From IMG/VR virus record IMGVR_UViG_3300027708_000023: a stretch of 64,000 nt of DNA, one strand, 5' to 3'. Both the position numbers and the translations under genes were made by a program. Origin of the DNA: a virus. Of this stretch, positions 51,162-61,075 are shown in pieces (position 1 is the first letter of the stretch; each line of letters starts with the position of its first letter). The notes under the pieces were generated by a model that had not been told where the DNA came from, searched no databases, and was given only the letters and a program-made list of their open reading frames with translations.

Positions 51162-51566
51162 ATGCCTGCAAGTAAATACGATTTTTCTATTGAGCAGGGA
51201 ACATCCTTTAAACTAGCATTAATCTACAAAGATCCTAATAATATTCCTTTTAATATCACTAATTGGTGCGCTAGACTCGTTTGGACAACAGACGATGGAG
51301 CTATGCAGATTTTTTCTACAGCAAATACAGACCATAGTATTTATAAGTTTGATATTATCGGAGTTGATGGAAAATTATTGCTACAGATTCCGGCTAATAC
51401 TACAAACGGATTCATTTTTAGCAAAGCAAAATACGATCTTGAATTAGAAAGTCCCCAAGATATGTATGTTGGAGGAGGAAAAGAGATTATCAGACTAATA
51501 TTTGGAACAGTTAAAATTACTCATAGATTTAGTGAAAATGAAACTCTTTTGGATTGTCAAACATGA
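51162..51566 (+). CDS. virion structural protein (Ig-like adaptor type)
   Basis: EQGTSF...YDLEL...GTV; paralogous to the N-terminus of 61076-62092. Confidence 0.6.
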   Translation: MPASKYDFSIEQGTSFKLALIYKDPNNIPFNITNWCARLVWTTDDGAMQIFSTANTDHSIYKFDIIGVDGKLLLQIPANTTNGFIFSKAKYDLELESPQDMYVGGGKEIIRLIFGTVKITHRFSENETLLDCQT

Positions 51567-51826
51567 ACGACTTTACTGTAATAGTTGAAAATACTCAACC
51601 CAATATTATTTCTATAGAAACTAGTTTTTTAGATACTGTTGGAGTAGTGGAAATAGAAAGATTCTCGTCTGCTGGTGTAAGTATACTAAGTAGATCAGCT
51701 ATTATTGGAGTTGGTGATTTACCAGATATTCCTTTTAGTAAAATTATTGGAAATTTAGACGTATCTAGGATCAGTGGACTAGACCATTATTTAGACCATT
51801 ACAACTTCGACTGCGGTACCCCATAA
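51554..51826 (+). CDS. small virion protein
   Basis: Ends in DCGTP, like DGGTP of the next fibre protein. Confidence 0.55.
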   Translation: MSNMNDFTVIVENTQPNIISIETSFLDTVGVVEIERFSSAGVSILSRSAIIGVGDLPDIPFSKIIGNLDVSRISGLDHYLDHYNFDCGTP

Positions 51827-51860
51827 AAAAATTTTTTTAAAAATATCGGAGACTATTAAA

Positions 51861-54689
51861 ATGCCAGCTTTAACTACTATTCAGCTCAGAAGAGGATCAT
51901 CAAGCCTATGGGCAGCTTCTAATAGCCCACTAGCTCAAGGAGAGCTTGGCTACGATACAACAATTAAAAAATTTAAGATAGGCGATGGCACTAGTCTCTG
52001 GGGAAGTTTATCTTGGGCAAATATTACCGGAGCTGATTTTGTAGGAACTAGTGGTATAAATGTATCTTATGCTTCAACTTCAGGAACAATAACAGTATCA
52101 GTTACTGGATTAAGTTCTAGCTATCTTAGCGATTTTAATAGCGCAGTTAGCGGACTACTTCCAGTAAAGAGCATTATTGCCGGAAATAATATTACTATAA
52201 CTCCAACAGGAGATAAAGGTTTTGTTATTAGTTCGCCTGTTAATTCTGATACTGTTAAAGATCTAATTGGATCTACAATTACTGGAGTAAGTGGAATTAA
52301 AGCCAGCTACGACAATACTGGTAAGGTAGAAACAATCTCGGTTACTGGACTAACTAGTTCTTATATTGGAGATTTTAATACTAGTGTTAGTGGATTGGTA
52401 AGCGGAGTATATGCTCCACTAAATAGTCCAGCATTGACTGGAACTCCAACAGCTCCAACTGCTGCTGCTGATACGAACACAACACAAATTGCTAGTACAG
52501 CATTTGTTATTGGACAAGCTTCTTCAAGCAATCCTTTAATGAACGGAACTGCTGCTGTCGGAACTTCCAAAAAATATTCGAGAGAAGATCACGTTCATCC
52601 AACAGATACAACAAGAGCAGCATTGGCTGGAGCAGCTTTTACAGGATCAGTTAGTATTCCAAGTGGAACTGGTAATTTTAATACTTTAACTGTTGGTAAT
52701 ACGGCAGTTAGTTTGAATGGACATACTCATACAAGCTCTAATATTACTGATTTTAACACAGCAGTAAGTGGACTATTAGGCGTGAAGAGTCTAGTTCAAG
52801 GCTCTGGAATTGGTATTGTTAGTGTTTCTGGTAATCATACTGTTAGTGTGACTGGTATTCCAACATCTTTAATTACTAACTTTGCTAGTGGCGTTAATGC
52901 TCTTATTGATAATGCTGTTAGCGCAAGTATTGTTGGTGGTAGCGGTGTTGATATCGTATATAGTAGTGGAACTAATACTCTTACAATTAGTAGCTCTTTA
53001 ACAGCTGGTAGTGGTATATCTTTAACACATAATAGCGGTAATTATGTTATTAGTTTAAGTGATCCTACTATTCAACTAGCAGAGATTACAGATCTTTCAG
53101 CTAACGCTAGAACCTTTTTACTAACACCAAGTAGTAACAATCTCTCAACTCTTGTTAGCGATGAAACTGGATCAGGCAATTTAGTATTTTCTAATAGTCC
53201 CACGCTTGTTTCTCCAAACATCGGAGTAGCAACAGGTACGTCTTTTAATAGTATCACCGGTCTAAGTAGCTCAACTCCGTTGATGGACAGTATCGCAGCA
53301 GTGGGTACTGCAACAACAGCAGCTCGTGCTGACCACGTTCATCCAACAGACACCAGTCGCGCTGCTGTAGCAGGAACCTTAGCTCAGTTTGCTTCGACAA
53401 CATCTTCACAACTAGCTGGAGTTATTAGTGATGAAACAGGAACAGGATCATTAGTATTTGCAAATAATCCCACACTGAGTGGAGTGACCATTAATGGTAA
53501 TCTTACTGTTGGTGGTAGTGGTTTAGTTGCTAGTAATATTAATGACTTCAATACTGCTGTAAGAACCAATCGTTTGGATCAAATGAGTGTTCCTACAAGT
53601 GACGTATCCTTCAATAGTGTTAAGATTACTAGTTTAGCAGATCCGGTTAGTGCTCAAGATGCTGCCACAAAAGCATACGTAGATGCTGCCCGAATGGGTC
53701 TTGATGTTAAAGCAAGTGTTAGAGTTGCTACAACAGCCAATATAACACTATCTGGAACCCAAACTGTTGACGGGGTTACCGTTATAGCTGGCGATAGAGT
53801 ATTAGTAAAGAATCAGAATACTGGTAGTCAAAATGGTATCTATACGGTAGCTGCTGGTTCTTGGAGTAGAGCATCCGACGCTGATTCTGATGCTGAAGTT
53901 ACTACTGGACTATTTACTTTCGTGTCTGAAGGTACTGTTAATGCTGATAGTGGGTGGGTATTGACAACAAACGACACCATCACTCTCGGCACAACCAGCC
54001 TAGCATTTGCTCAATTCTCCGGGGCAGGTCAGATAACCGCCGGTGCTGGTTTAACAAAGAATGGAAATACTATAGATGCTGTTGGTACAGCTGGTCGTAT
54101 AGTTGTTAATGCTGATAATATTGATCTTGATACTGTAACGCTTGCTCGCGCTGTTAGCAGTCTCCCAGCCGGAGCGACCTCTGCTCAAGCAGTAGTTTCT
54201 AGTGTAACTACAGATTCTTATGGTCGAGTAACAGGAATTATTGACAGCTATATACTTAACGCTTCAACACAGGATAAAGGTCTTGCTAGTTTTGATAGTG
54301 GAGATTTTAGTGTTTCTTCTGGCGTCGTAAGTATCAAAGCTAGTGGTGTCGATAATTCTCAATTAGCTAACAGCTCTGTAACTATTGGTTCAACATCAGT
54401 TAGTCTTGGAGGAAGCATCACTTCTGTATCAGGACTAAGTAGTGTTAGTAGCACGTCATTTGTTGGTGATCTTAGTGGTACAGCTACTAATGCCAATAAT
54501 ATTGAAGTTGATCTTAGTAGTTCTAATACTAATAATTTAGTTTTTGTTAATGGTACAGATGGTAATCTTAAACCAAGCGTCAATAATAATCTCCGATTTA
54601 ATGCATCTGCCAATGAGCTTTTGGGTTCATCAAATACCACACCAGCAACAACATTGAAATACTTTATTATAGATGGTGGAACACCATAA
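51861..54689 (+). CDS. long fibre protein (Mtd-N-like N-terminus)
   Basis: IQLRRG...W......LAQGELGYDT...FKIGDG; repeated I/LxDFNxAVSG and R.DHVHPTDT; DAATKAYVD...GDRVLVKNQ...NGIY fibre module. Confidence 0.85.
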   Translation: MPALTTIQLRRGSSSLWAASNSPLAQGELGYDTTIKKFKIGDGTSLWGSLSWANITGADFVGTSGINVSYASTSGTITVSVTGLSSSYLSDFNSAVSGLLPVKSIIAGNNITITPTGDKGFVISSPVNSDTVKDLIGSTITGVSGIKASYDNTGKVETISVTGLTSSYIGDFNTSVSGLVSGVYAPLNSPALTGTPTAPTAAADTNTTQIASTAFVIGQASSSNPLMNGTAAVGTSKKYSREDHVHPTDTTRAALAGAAFTGSVSIPSGTGNFNTLTVGNTAVSLNGHTHTSSNITDFNTAVSGLLGVKSLVQGSGIGIVSVSGNHTVSVTGIPTSLITNFASGVNALIDNAVSASIVGGSGVDIVYSSGTNTLTISSSLTAGSGISLTHNSGNYVISLSDPTIQLAEITDLSANARTFLLTPSSNNLSTLVSDETGSGNLVFSNSPTLVSPNIGVATGTSFNSITGLSSSTPLMDSIAAVGTATTAARADHVHPTDTSRAAVAGTLAQFASTTSSQLAGVISDETGTGSLVFANNPTLSGVTINGNLTVGGSGLVASNINDFNTAVRTNRLDQMSVPTSDVSFNSVKITSLADPVSAQDAATKAYVDAARMGLDVKASVRVATTANITLSGTQTVDGVTVIAGDRVLVKNQNTGSQNGIYTVAAGSWSRASDADSDAEVTTGLFTFVSEGTVNADSGWVLTTNDTITLGTTSLAFAQFSGAGQITAGAGLTKNGNTIDAVGTAGRIVVNADNIDLDTVTLARAVSSLPAGATSAQAVVSSVTTDSYGRVTGIIDSYILNASTQDKGLASFDSGDFSVSSGVVSIKASGVDNSQLANSSVTIGSTSVSLGGSITSVSGLSSVSSTSFVGDLSGTATNANNIEVDLSSSNTNNLVFVNGTDGNLKPSVNNNLRFNASANELLGSSNTTPATTLKYFIIDGGTP

Positions 54690-54762
54690 TTAAGACTGTT
54701 TTTAAGTTTTATATTTTTTACACAACTAATAATCTAATCCTTTATGTTGGAATACATATAAT

Positions 54763-57024
54763 ATGAAAAATGGTAAAATATTTATAGTTAATGGAAGAGC
54801 CAAAGTAAATCCTCCACAACCCCCGTCTCCTCCGCTGTCCTCCTTATCAGCCATGACAATAGGAGGTTGGGGTGATCCTCATCTTTACATTACTACTAGT
54901 TCTACAGATTCTAAAAATAGAGTCAGCACTAAAACTATAGCTCAGTGGGGAGATAATAAACCAGGAACTGCAGGAAATAATGAATTGCAGTTATTAGATT
55001 TACAAACGTCAACAGATAGTATAAAAATTTATTATACTAATAAGGCTTATGGTAGTGCTAAAGTTATAAGTAATATTAGAGTGGTATACAACACTGTCTC
55101 TACAACGTATAACTCTACCACAAGACTAACTCTTGGTCCAGTAACTCTGAATATTCTAAAAGTTGGATCAGGAGCCTCTGCTTATTTGACTTTTGAGATG
55201 AGTTGGTCTAACATTAATAATATAGTTAAATTGGGTGGCGCTCTAGTTCCTATTCTTAAAAGAGTAGCTGATAATAATGGAGTTTTATGGAATGGTGGAG
55301 ACGGAGCAACCTGGGATGGTTTTGGAAAAGCATTAGCTCCTTATGGTCTGAATAGAAGTAGTTTTGAGACAGGTATTGGGGTTCAAAGCTTATCAGAAGA
55401 ACTAATATTATCAGAAAAAGAAGCCAACTTCCTATCGGTTGCAACAGAAAACTTTACCCAAAATGGTAGTATTTTTGATAATTTACAAAATCTTGGAGAA
55501 AATGGAGAGGGTAATAATGCTGCTATTGAGGATTGGGATCCTACTCATGCTGAGGTGTTACCTGTTTTATCTGATAATACTGGGCTAGTGGGCGCTGTTA
55601 ATATAGAAATTGGTGACCCTACACCTACACCAACAGCCACACCAACAGCCACACCAACAGCCACACCAACAGCCACACCAACAGCCACACCAACAGCCAC
55701 ACCAACAGCCACACCAACAGCCACACTAACACAAACCCCCACTACTACTCCAACAACTACAATAACCAACACTCCTACTTCTAGCTCCATACCAGCTACT
55801 CCTACTCCAACAGTAACGAAAACCCCATCAGCTAGTCCAGTAGCAGCTAGTAGTGGTATTATTGTTCAGTCTAGCGTATCTAGTACTCCAAGAGCATTAG
55901 TTGGTGGTGGAGTAACTTATAATCCAACATTCATTAATAGTGACTATAGACAATATTATGGTCAAATAGTAGATCGTTGGAACTATACAATAAGTAATGG
56001 AAGATTACCTTATGATAATATTTGGAATAACTGTTATTTGTTTAATGGTGGTGGAACATATTATTTTAATTTTATGATTCCAACAGTACTTACAAAGTAT
56101 AGATTATGGAATCCATTTAAAGTCAATGTTCCATGTCCTGGAGAAGGAGGTTCTTGGAGTAGTCAAAATGGATACAATAAATATTTAGATTTTGGCAACC
56201 AAACTCCTCAATCATGGAAAATACAAGGAACTAATGATGATGTTAATTGGGTAGACATTGATGTTAGAACAAGTCAAGCAAGATTACCATATGCAACTAG
56301 TAGCATAACAGCTGACAGTGCATATTCAGAATTTTCTGTAGGTTCACCAACTGCATATAAGTCATATAAATTTATTGTTACTGGAACAGGAAGAGATGCG
56401 CACTCTTGCAATAAGAGTGGATGTTCTTATGACTGGGTATTAGGAGAGATACAATTATGGGGATATGAAAGTCCGTCGTCTACAAGTGCTATTCACGGAT
56501 ACTATTCATGTTTACCGACAATAAAATACTTGAATGCGTCTCAAGGATTTGATACCTCTTCATTTAAGAAAGTATTTTTCCAATCTGGTGGTCTGGGAGG
56601 AGATAATAGAAATAAGTGGTCAGTATATCAACACGGAACGCCGAATAGAACTTGGTATGATTATTATTGGGATATCCCATACAAAGCTATCGGAGCAACT
56701 GAGACAGGGTATTTTGGTTTTGATTATGGGGTAGTAATAAATTCTTATAGCATAAAATCTATAACTAACCAAAACGGAGGTCTATACTCTATCTCTTCTT
56801 GGGAATTATATGGATCAAATAATTTTTCTTCTTGGAGCTTGTTGGATAGTAGATCTGGTGTTGGTTCAAATGACATATCAACAAATTATAGTTTTAATAA
56901 TTCTACTAGTTACAAATATTACAAATTAATAGCTAAGGACAGTACCAGAAGTTGCAGTAAAAATGGATGCATTTGGGGAAATGTAAGAATTTCTGATATA
57001 CAACTCAAAGGCTATATAACATAA
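54763..57024 (+). CDS. adhesin-like virion protein: GWGDPH N-domain, Pro/Thr linker, two discoidin (F5/8-C)-like domains
   Basis: PQSWKIQGTNDDVNW...YKSYKF and SWELYGSNN..SW...YKYYKL motifs. Confidence 0.7.
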   Translation: MKNGKIFIVNGRAKVNPPQPPSPPLSSLSAMTIGGWGDPHLYITTSSTDSKNRVSTKTIAQWGDNKPGTAGNNELQLLDLQTSTDSIKIYYTNKAYGSAKVISNIRVVYNTVSTTYNSTTRLTLGPVTLNILKVGSGASAYLTFEMSWSNINNIVKLGGALVPILKRVADNNGVLWNGGDGATWDGFGKALAPYGLNRSSFETGIGVQSLSEELILSEKEANFLSVATENFTQNGSIFDNLQNLGENGEGNNAAIEDWDPTHAEVLPVLSDNTGLVGAVNIEIGDPTPTPTATPTATPTATPTATPTATPTATPTATPTATLTQTPTTTPTTTITNTPTSSSIPATPTPTVTKTPSASPVAASSGIIVQSSVSSTPRALVGGGVTYNPTFINSDYRQYYGQIVDRWNYTISNGRLPYDNIWNNCYLFNGGGTYYFNFMIPTVLTKYRLWNPFKVNVPCPGEGGSWSSQNGYNKYLDFGNQTPQSWKIQGTNDDVNWVDIDVRTSQARLPYATSSITADSAYSEFSVGSPTAYKSYKFIVTGTGRDAHSCNKSGCSYDWVLGEIQLWGYESPSSTSAIHGYYSCLPTIKYLNASQGFDTSSFKKVFFQSGGLGGDNRNKWSVYQHGTPNRTWYDYYWDIPYKAIGATETGYFGFDYGVVINSYSIKSITNQNGGLYSISSWELYGSNNFSSWSLLDSRSGVGSNDISTNYSFNNSTSYKYYKLIAKDSTRSCSKNGCIWGNVRISDIQLKGYIT
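55630..55725 (+). repeat. 8 x 12-bp perfect tandem repeat encoding (PTAT)8
   Basis: Unit CCAACAGCCACA. Confidence 0.95.
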
Positions 57025-57034
57025 AGGATAAATT

Positions 57035-58354
57035 ATGCCAAGTGAAAGAATATTGATTGGAGGAGGAACGGGGTATGACAAAACCAACGTTGATGCCAAA
57101 TATCAACCATACTACAATTTTAGGACCTATGATATTTATGAGATTGTAGGCTATGGTGGTGGAATAAATGCTGTATCTTCTTCTACCAACGGTCGAGTAT
57201 ATATTAGTAATCAATATACCATAGTAACCAATAGACTTTTTACTGGAGTTCTACCATATGCTGATCCATATGATAAAAACTACTATTGTCAAACATTAAG
57301 TTTGCCCCCTGTAATACCTGGTTATCTTCCTGGATTATCCAATGCAAATGAAATATTTTTTACATTTGGACTTCCCATTACTTTGACAAAATACAGAATA
57401 TGGAACGGTTTTGCAAACGGAACAAGTGGACAAACAAGTAGTAATATGGGACTAGATACCCCAAGATCATGGGTATTATACGGAAGCAATGATTACATTA
57501 ACTGGACGGCGATAGACTCAAGATCCAATCAGTCTCCATTGTCATATGCGACTAGTAAACTTTGTAAAAATAGTCCTTATTCAGAATATTCAATAGCGTC
57601 TCCATCAGCTTATAAAACATATAAGCTATCAGTTACTACTGGAGCGTCTAATTCTGCTCTTGCCATAGATTGTAATAAAAGTGGTTGTACTTATTTTTAT
57701 GGATGGCAAATAGGAGAATTGCAGTTGCTGGGATATGAAAGTCCAACGTCTTCTTGTAGTTTGCATGGATACGATACTCTACTCCCCGGAACAAACGGAT
57801 CTATGAGCAAACTATTTGGATTAAAAAATGCCTGTAAAGAAGTTGGTATTAATGAAGGATCTGTGTCAGATAGTAGTTATAGATATCTATCTACTCTTTG
57901 GGCATATAGGGGAGATTGGACTTATGAAAATATTTATTATTCTATACTTGGTCAAACTAGAACATTTAGAGCAAATTACTATAGTGGCAATTCAAATGCT
58001 GTTATAATTTCAGCATCTATTGATATGGGTCAAGCATTAACCATTACATCTTATAATATGCTGGGAGGATATGTTGCGGATGGTTGGAGTGTAAAAACAG
58101 ATGGTTCTCCTAAAAATTGGACACTCTATGGGTCAAATAATAACTCAACATGGACAACTATTGACTCAAGGACAAATGCCAGTTTGACGTATACAGCTTA
58201 TTCAAATTATAGCATAGGCTCTCCTTCGTCATATAGATATTACAAGCTAGAAGTTAAAGGAGGAGGAGGTTCACGAACTAGTAATTGTGACAAAGGAGGA
58301 TGTTGGTATAATATAGCACTAAATGACCTTCAACTTGTAGGAATCATATCATGA
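57035..58354 (+). CDS. tandem discoidin (F5/8-C)-like domain protein
   Basis: PRSWVLYGSND..NW and PKNWTLYGSNN..TW...YRYYKL; paralogous to the C-half of 54763-57024. Confidence 0.7.
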   Translation: MPSERILIGGGTGYDKTNVDAKYQPYYNFRTYDIYEIVGYGGGINAVSSSTNGRVYISNQYTIVTNRLFTGVLPYADPYDKNYYCQTLSLPPVIPGYLPGLSNANEIFFTFGLPITLTKYRIWNGFANGTSGQTSSNMGLDTPRSWVLYGSNDYINWTAIDSRSNQSPLSYATSKLCKNSPYSEYSIASPSAYKTYKLSVTTGASNSALAIDCNKSGCTYFYGWQIGELQLLGYESPTSSCSLHGYDTLLPGTNGSMSKLFGLKNACKEVGINEGSVSDSSYRYLSTLWAYRGDWTYENIYYSILGQTRTFRANYYSGNSNAVIISASIDMGQALTITSYNMLGGYVADGWSVKTDGSPKNWTLYGSNNNSTWTTIDSRTNASLTYTAYSNYSIGSPSSYRYYKLEVKGGGGSRTSNCDKGGCWYNIALNDLQLVGIIS

Positions 58355-58884
58355 AAGGTGTCTGTGCTTTATTCAATGGGAAGGCTCTTGCTCTTGTTAC
58401 AAGAAGCGGAAGTCATGCATTAATGAATTTGATGCTTCCAAAAGATCATATAAAAACTCAACCAGAACCTTTTAAAAATGAAAAATGGCACCCTATAATG
58501 AATCTTACCGGCCATGATCTAAAATTAGGTTTGCCAGAATGCGAAGTTTATTGCATGGTTCGAGATCCGATTGAAAGATTTAAAAGTGCTTGTGCAAGAA
58601 GGAATAAGACGGTGGAAGAAGGATTGTTAGAAGACGAGGTTCACTTTTGGAGCATAGAAAGTATGGGACTTATAAATGATAGTATTAAATACTTCTTATT
58701 TCCAGAACAAATAGATGAATGTGCAGATTGGCTAGGATTACCAACTCCAGTACCAAGAGTAAACGAAGAAAAAGATGAGAAAAAGCCAGTTTTAACTGAA
58801 GAACAGCTTGAATTAGTAACCAAACAGTATTATAATGATAATGAACTATACCAAAGATTAAAGGAGAATTACTATGGCAAATAA
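58351..58884 (+). CDS. sulfotransferase-family protein
   Basis: 5'-PSB-like TRSGSHAL, 3'-PB-like VRDPIERFKSA, C-terminal Y..D..LY. Confidence 0.7.
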   Translation: MKGVCALFNGKALALVTRSGSHALMNLMLPKDHIKTQPEPFKNEKWHPIMNLTGHDLKLGLPECEVYCMVRDPIERFKSACARRNKTVEEGLLEDEVHFWSIESMGLINDSIKYFLFPEQIDECADWLGLPTPVPRVNEEKDEKKPVLTEEQLELVTKQYYNDNELYQRLKENYYGK

Positions 58885-59452
58885 TTTTGATGGTCAGGTG
58901 TTGTTAGTTCCTAATTTTATAACAGCAGAAGAAATTCAAGCTCTTAAAGATTGGGCTAATCAAGCTGTAATTGATGGACAGTTTGTTGATGGGATTACTG
59001 GGGATTGGGATAAAAAAGAATTTAGTACAACAAAACTGAGACTCACAAATCGCATGAGTCCAAAGATTGATTACCCAGACTTGGTCAAGACTTTGCAAGA
59101 CCGAATTCGTCAAACAATTCCGCTAACAGCACAAGCTCCGGTTATTGAGAATCATGGTAAAGACGGAGTTGTTGTGAGTGTAACCTATAACGACGGTGAT
59201 GTTTACAAGCATAAAGATCCTAGTGTTGGCGAAGGAGTAGTTGGATTAAGATGTAATATTCTTGCTAGCAAAGCACAGAGCGGCGGTACTGTTCATGTTG
59301 AAGATAAAGCCTATGATTTAAATGAAGGCGATATGATGTGCTATTTAGTAACAGAACTTTATCATAGTGTTGATGTTTGTCATGGAGATAATCCACGAAC
59401 ACTATTTATGTTTGGATTTGTTGTTGATAAAGACACCTGGGTAAACCAGTAA
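58874..59452 (+). CDS. 2OG-Fe(II) oxygenase (prolyl-4-hydroxylase-like)
   Basis: VPNFITAEE N-terminus, HKD facial triad, distal H (YHSV) and R. Confidence 0.8.
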   Translation: MANNFDGQVLLVPNFITAEEIQALKDWANQAVIDGQFVDGITGDWDKKEFSTTKLRLTNRMSPKIDYPDLVKTLQDRIRQTIPLTAQAPVIENHGKDGVVVSVTYNDGDVYKHKDPSVGEGVVGLRCNILASKAQSGGTVHVEDKAYDLNEGDMMCYLVTELYHSVDVCHGDNPRTLFMFGFVVDKDTWVNQ

Positions 59453-59532
59453 ACTTTAAAAATTGACAACTTTCTTTAAATAGGTAATAGGTGTATTATA
59501 ACTAATATACCTGTCTTATAGGACTTTATTAA

Positions 59533-60372
59533 ATGGCCGTAAATGATCTTATACAAATACGCAAAGGAACTTCTGCTGCATGGACTTTGGCCAATCCAGT
59601 ATTAGCTAGTGGTGAGCCGGGATATGATCTGACCGATAAGATTTTTAAAATTGGTGATGGAGTATCAAATTGGGCTAGTTTAGGTAGTATTAATTTAAGC
59701 TCATCAAATATTACTGATTTTAATAGTGCTATTAGTGGTGTTTTACCAGTAAAGAGCATATCCGCCGGAAATAATATCACTATAAGTTCTGTCAATGGGG
59801 CCTATACTATTAATTCAAGCAACGGAGGAGCTTCAGCAAGCTTTGCATGGTCTACTGTTCCCAGTTCACCAACAGCATCCGGAGTTGCTGGTAACGTTGC
59901 TTATGATAGCGATTATTTCTATGTTGCTACAGACAACAATACTTGGAAAAGATCAGCCCTATCAACTTGGATAGTCTCATCCCCTACTCCAACAGTAACT
60001 ATAACACCAACAATAACACCAACAATAACAGTTACGCCCACCGTAACCCCAACCCCAACACCCACATCGGTATTTGATACGACTCTAACAATAGCTTCCG
60101 GAACCAATTCTTCTTCTGGTAATGGAGTCACACTTTCTGGAACTTCTGGATCTAAGATAAGATTTAATCAAATCCTTCCTATTAATAATCCATTATCGTT
60201 TATAGACATCAGAATATATATAGCAGGAGTTTATAGCTATAGGATCACAACATACTCAGAAGTAGTAACCGCAAATAAAACATTCACATTAGCAACTAAT
60301 ACTGGAACAACATATGTCTCTTCTTTTGGAGCAGGAACAGACCTTGGCTCTTATAGAAGAATTAATTTTTAA
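59533..60372 (+). CDS. short fibre protein (Mtd-N-like N-terminus, Pro/Thr linker)
   Basis: IQIRKG..AAW...NPVLASGEPGYD....FKIGDG; (PT)n linker. Confidence 0.8.
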   Translation: MAVNDLIQIRKGTSAAWTLANPVLASGEPGYDLTDKIFKIGDGVSNWASLGSINLSSSNITDFNSAISGVLPVKSISAGNNITISSVNGAYTINSSNGGASASFAWSTVPSSPTASGVAGNVAYDSDYFYVATDNNTWKRSALSTWIVSSPTPTVTITPTITPTITVTPTVTPTPTPTSVFDTTLTIASGTNSSSGNGVTLSGTSGSKIRFNQILPINNPLSFIDIRIYIAGVYSYRITTYSEVVTANKTFTLATNTGTTYVSSFGAGTDLGSYRRINF

Positions 60373-60539
60373 TGAACAATAAACATTTAGCTATTGCACC
60401 CAATTCTGAGGAATATATTTTAGATGAGACTATTGGATTATAAGTTATTCCAATTTAGCCACTTAATTTAAAACATTACACCAATCAACATAAGGTGTAT
60501 TAAAGACTAGACATTCTATCCTTATAAAAGGGTCAAAAA

Positions 60540-61061
60540 ATGAGCTGGAAAAATGAAATACCCATTATTGTTAGAGTTTGGATAAACGATCTATCTGAAA
60601 CCCCAACATATAGTGATGATAGATTAGAACAACTAATTGCTGTAGCAGCTCAGTATGTTAAAAGAGAGATTAATTTTTCCAATACCTATACGATAGATAC
60701 GGTCAAGTTAACCATCACTCCTGACCCAACCCAATTAGAATCCCCAGATCAAGATTTTATAGGATTTGTGGCCCTAAAAGCCGCCTGCTTATTAGATCAA
60801 AGTACTTTCAGAACCAAAGCTGCTTCAGAGGGCATCAGAGCTGCTCTAGGACCTGCTAGTTTAAGTGTGGGGGGAAATCTTAAAGGATATCAAACCATAT
60901 TGGAGATGGGCCCCTGTGCAATGTATCAAGATCTTAGACTACAATATGAGATTGGTAATGCTAATGGTATCAAGTCTATTCTTTCTCCATTCGTTGGTAA
61001 TAAATTTGACCCAAGTGCTATTCGATATAGTTCTGATAGATCACGAGATTTTTACTCTTAA
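60540..61061 (+). CDS. head-tail adaptor/neck protein (putative)
   Basis: VR..I.D......YSD..L pattern; synteny. Confidence 0.6.
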   Translation: MSWKNEIPIIVRVWINDLSETPTYSDDRLEQLIAVAAQYVKREINFSNTYTIDTVKLTITPDPTQLESPDQDFIGFVALKAACLLDQSTFRTKAASEGIRAALGPASLSVGGNLKGYQTILEMGPCAMYQDLRLQYEIGNANGIKSILSPFVGNKFDPSAIRYSSDRSRDFYS

Positions 61062-61075
61062 AGGAACCATAGACA

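Noticed and set aside
51861-60372. Diversity-generating retroelement acting on the Mtd-N-like fibres
   Set aside because: No reverse transcriptase and no template/variable repeat pair differing at adenines was seen in this window.
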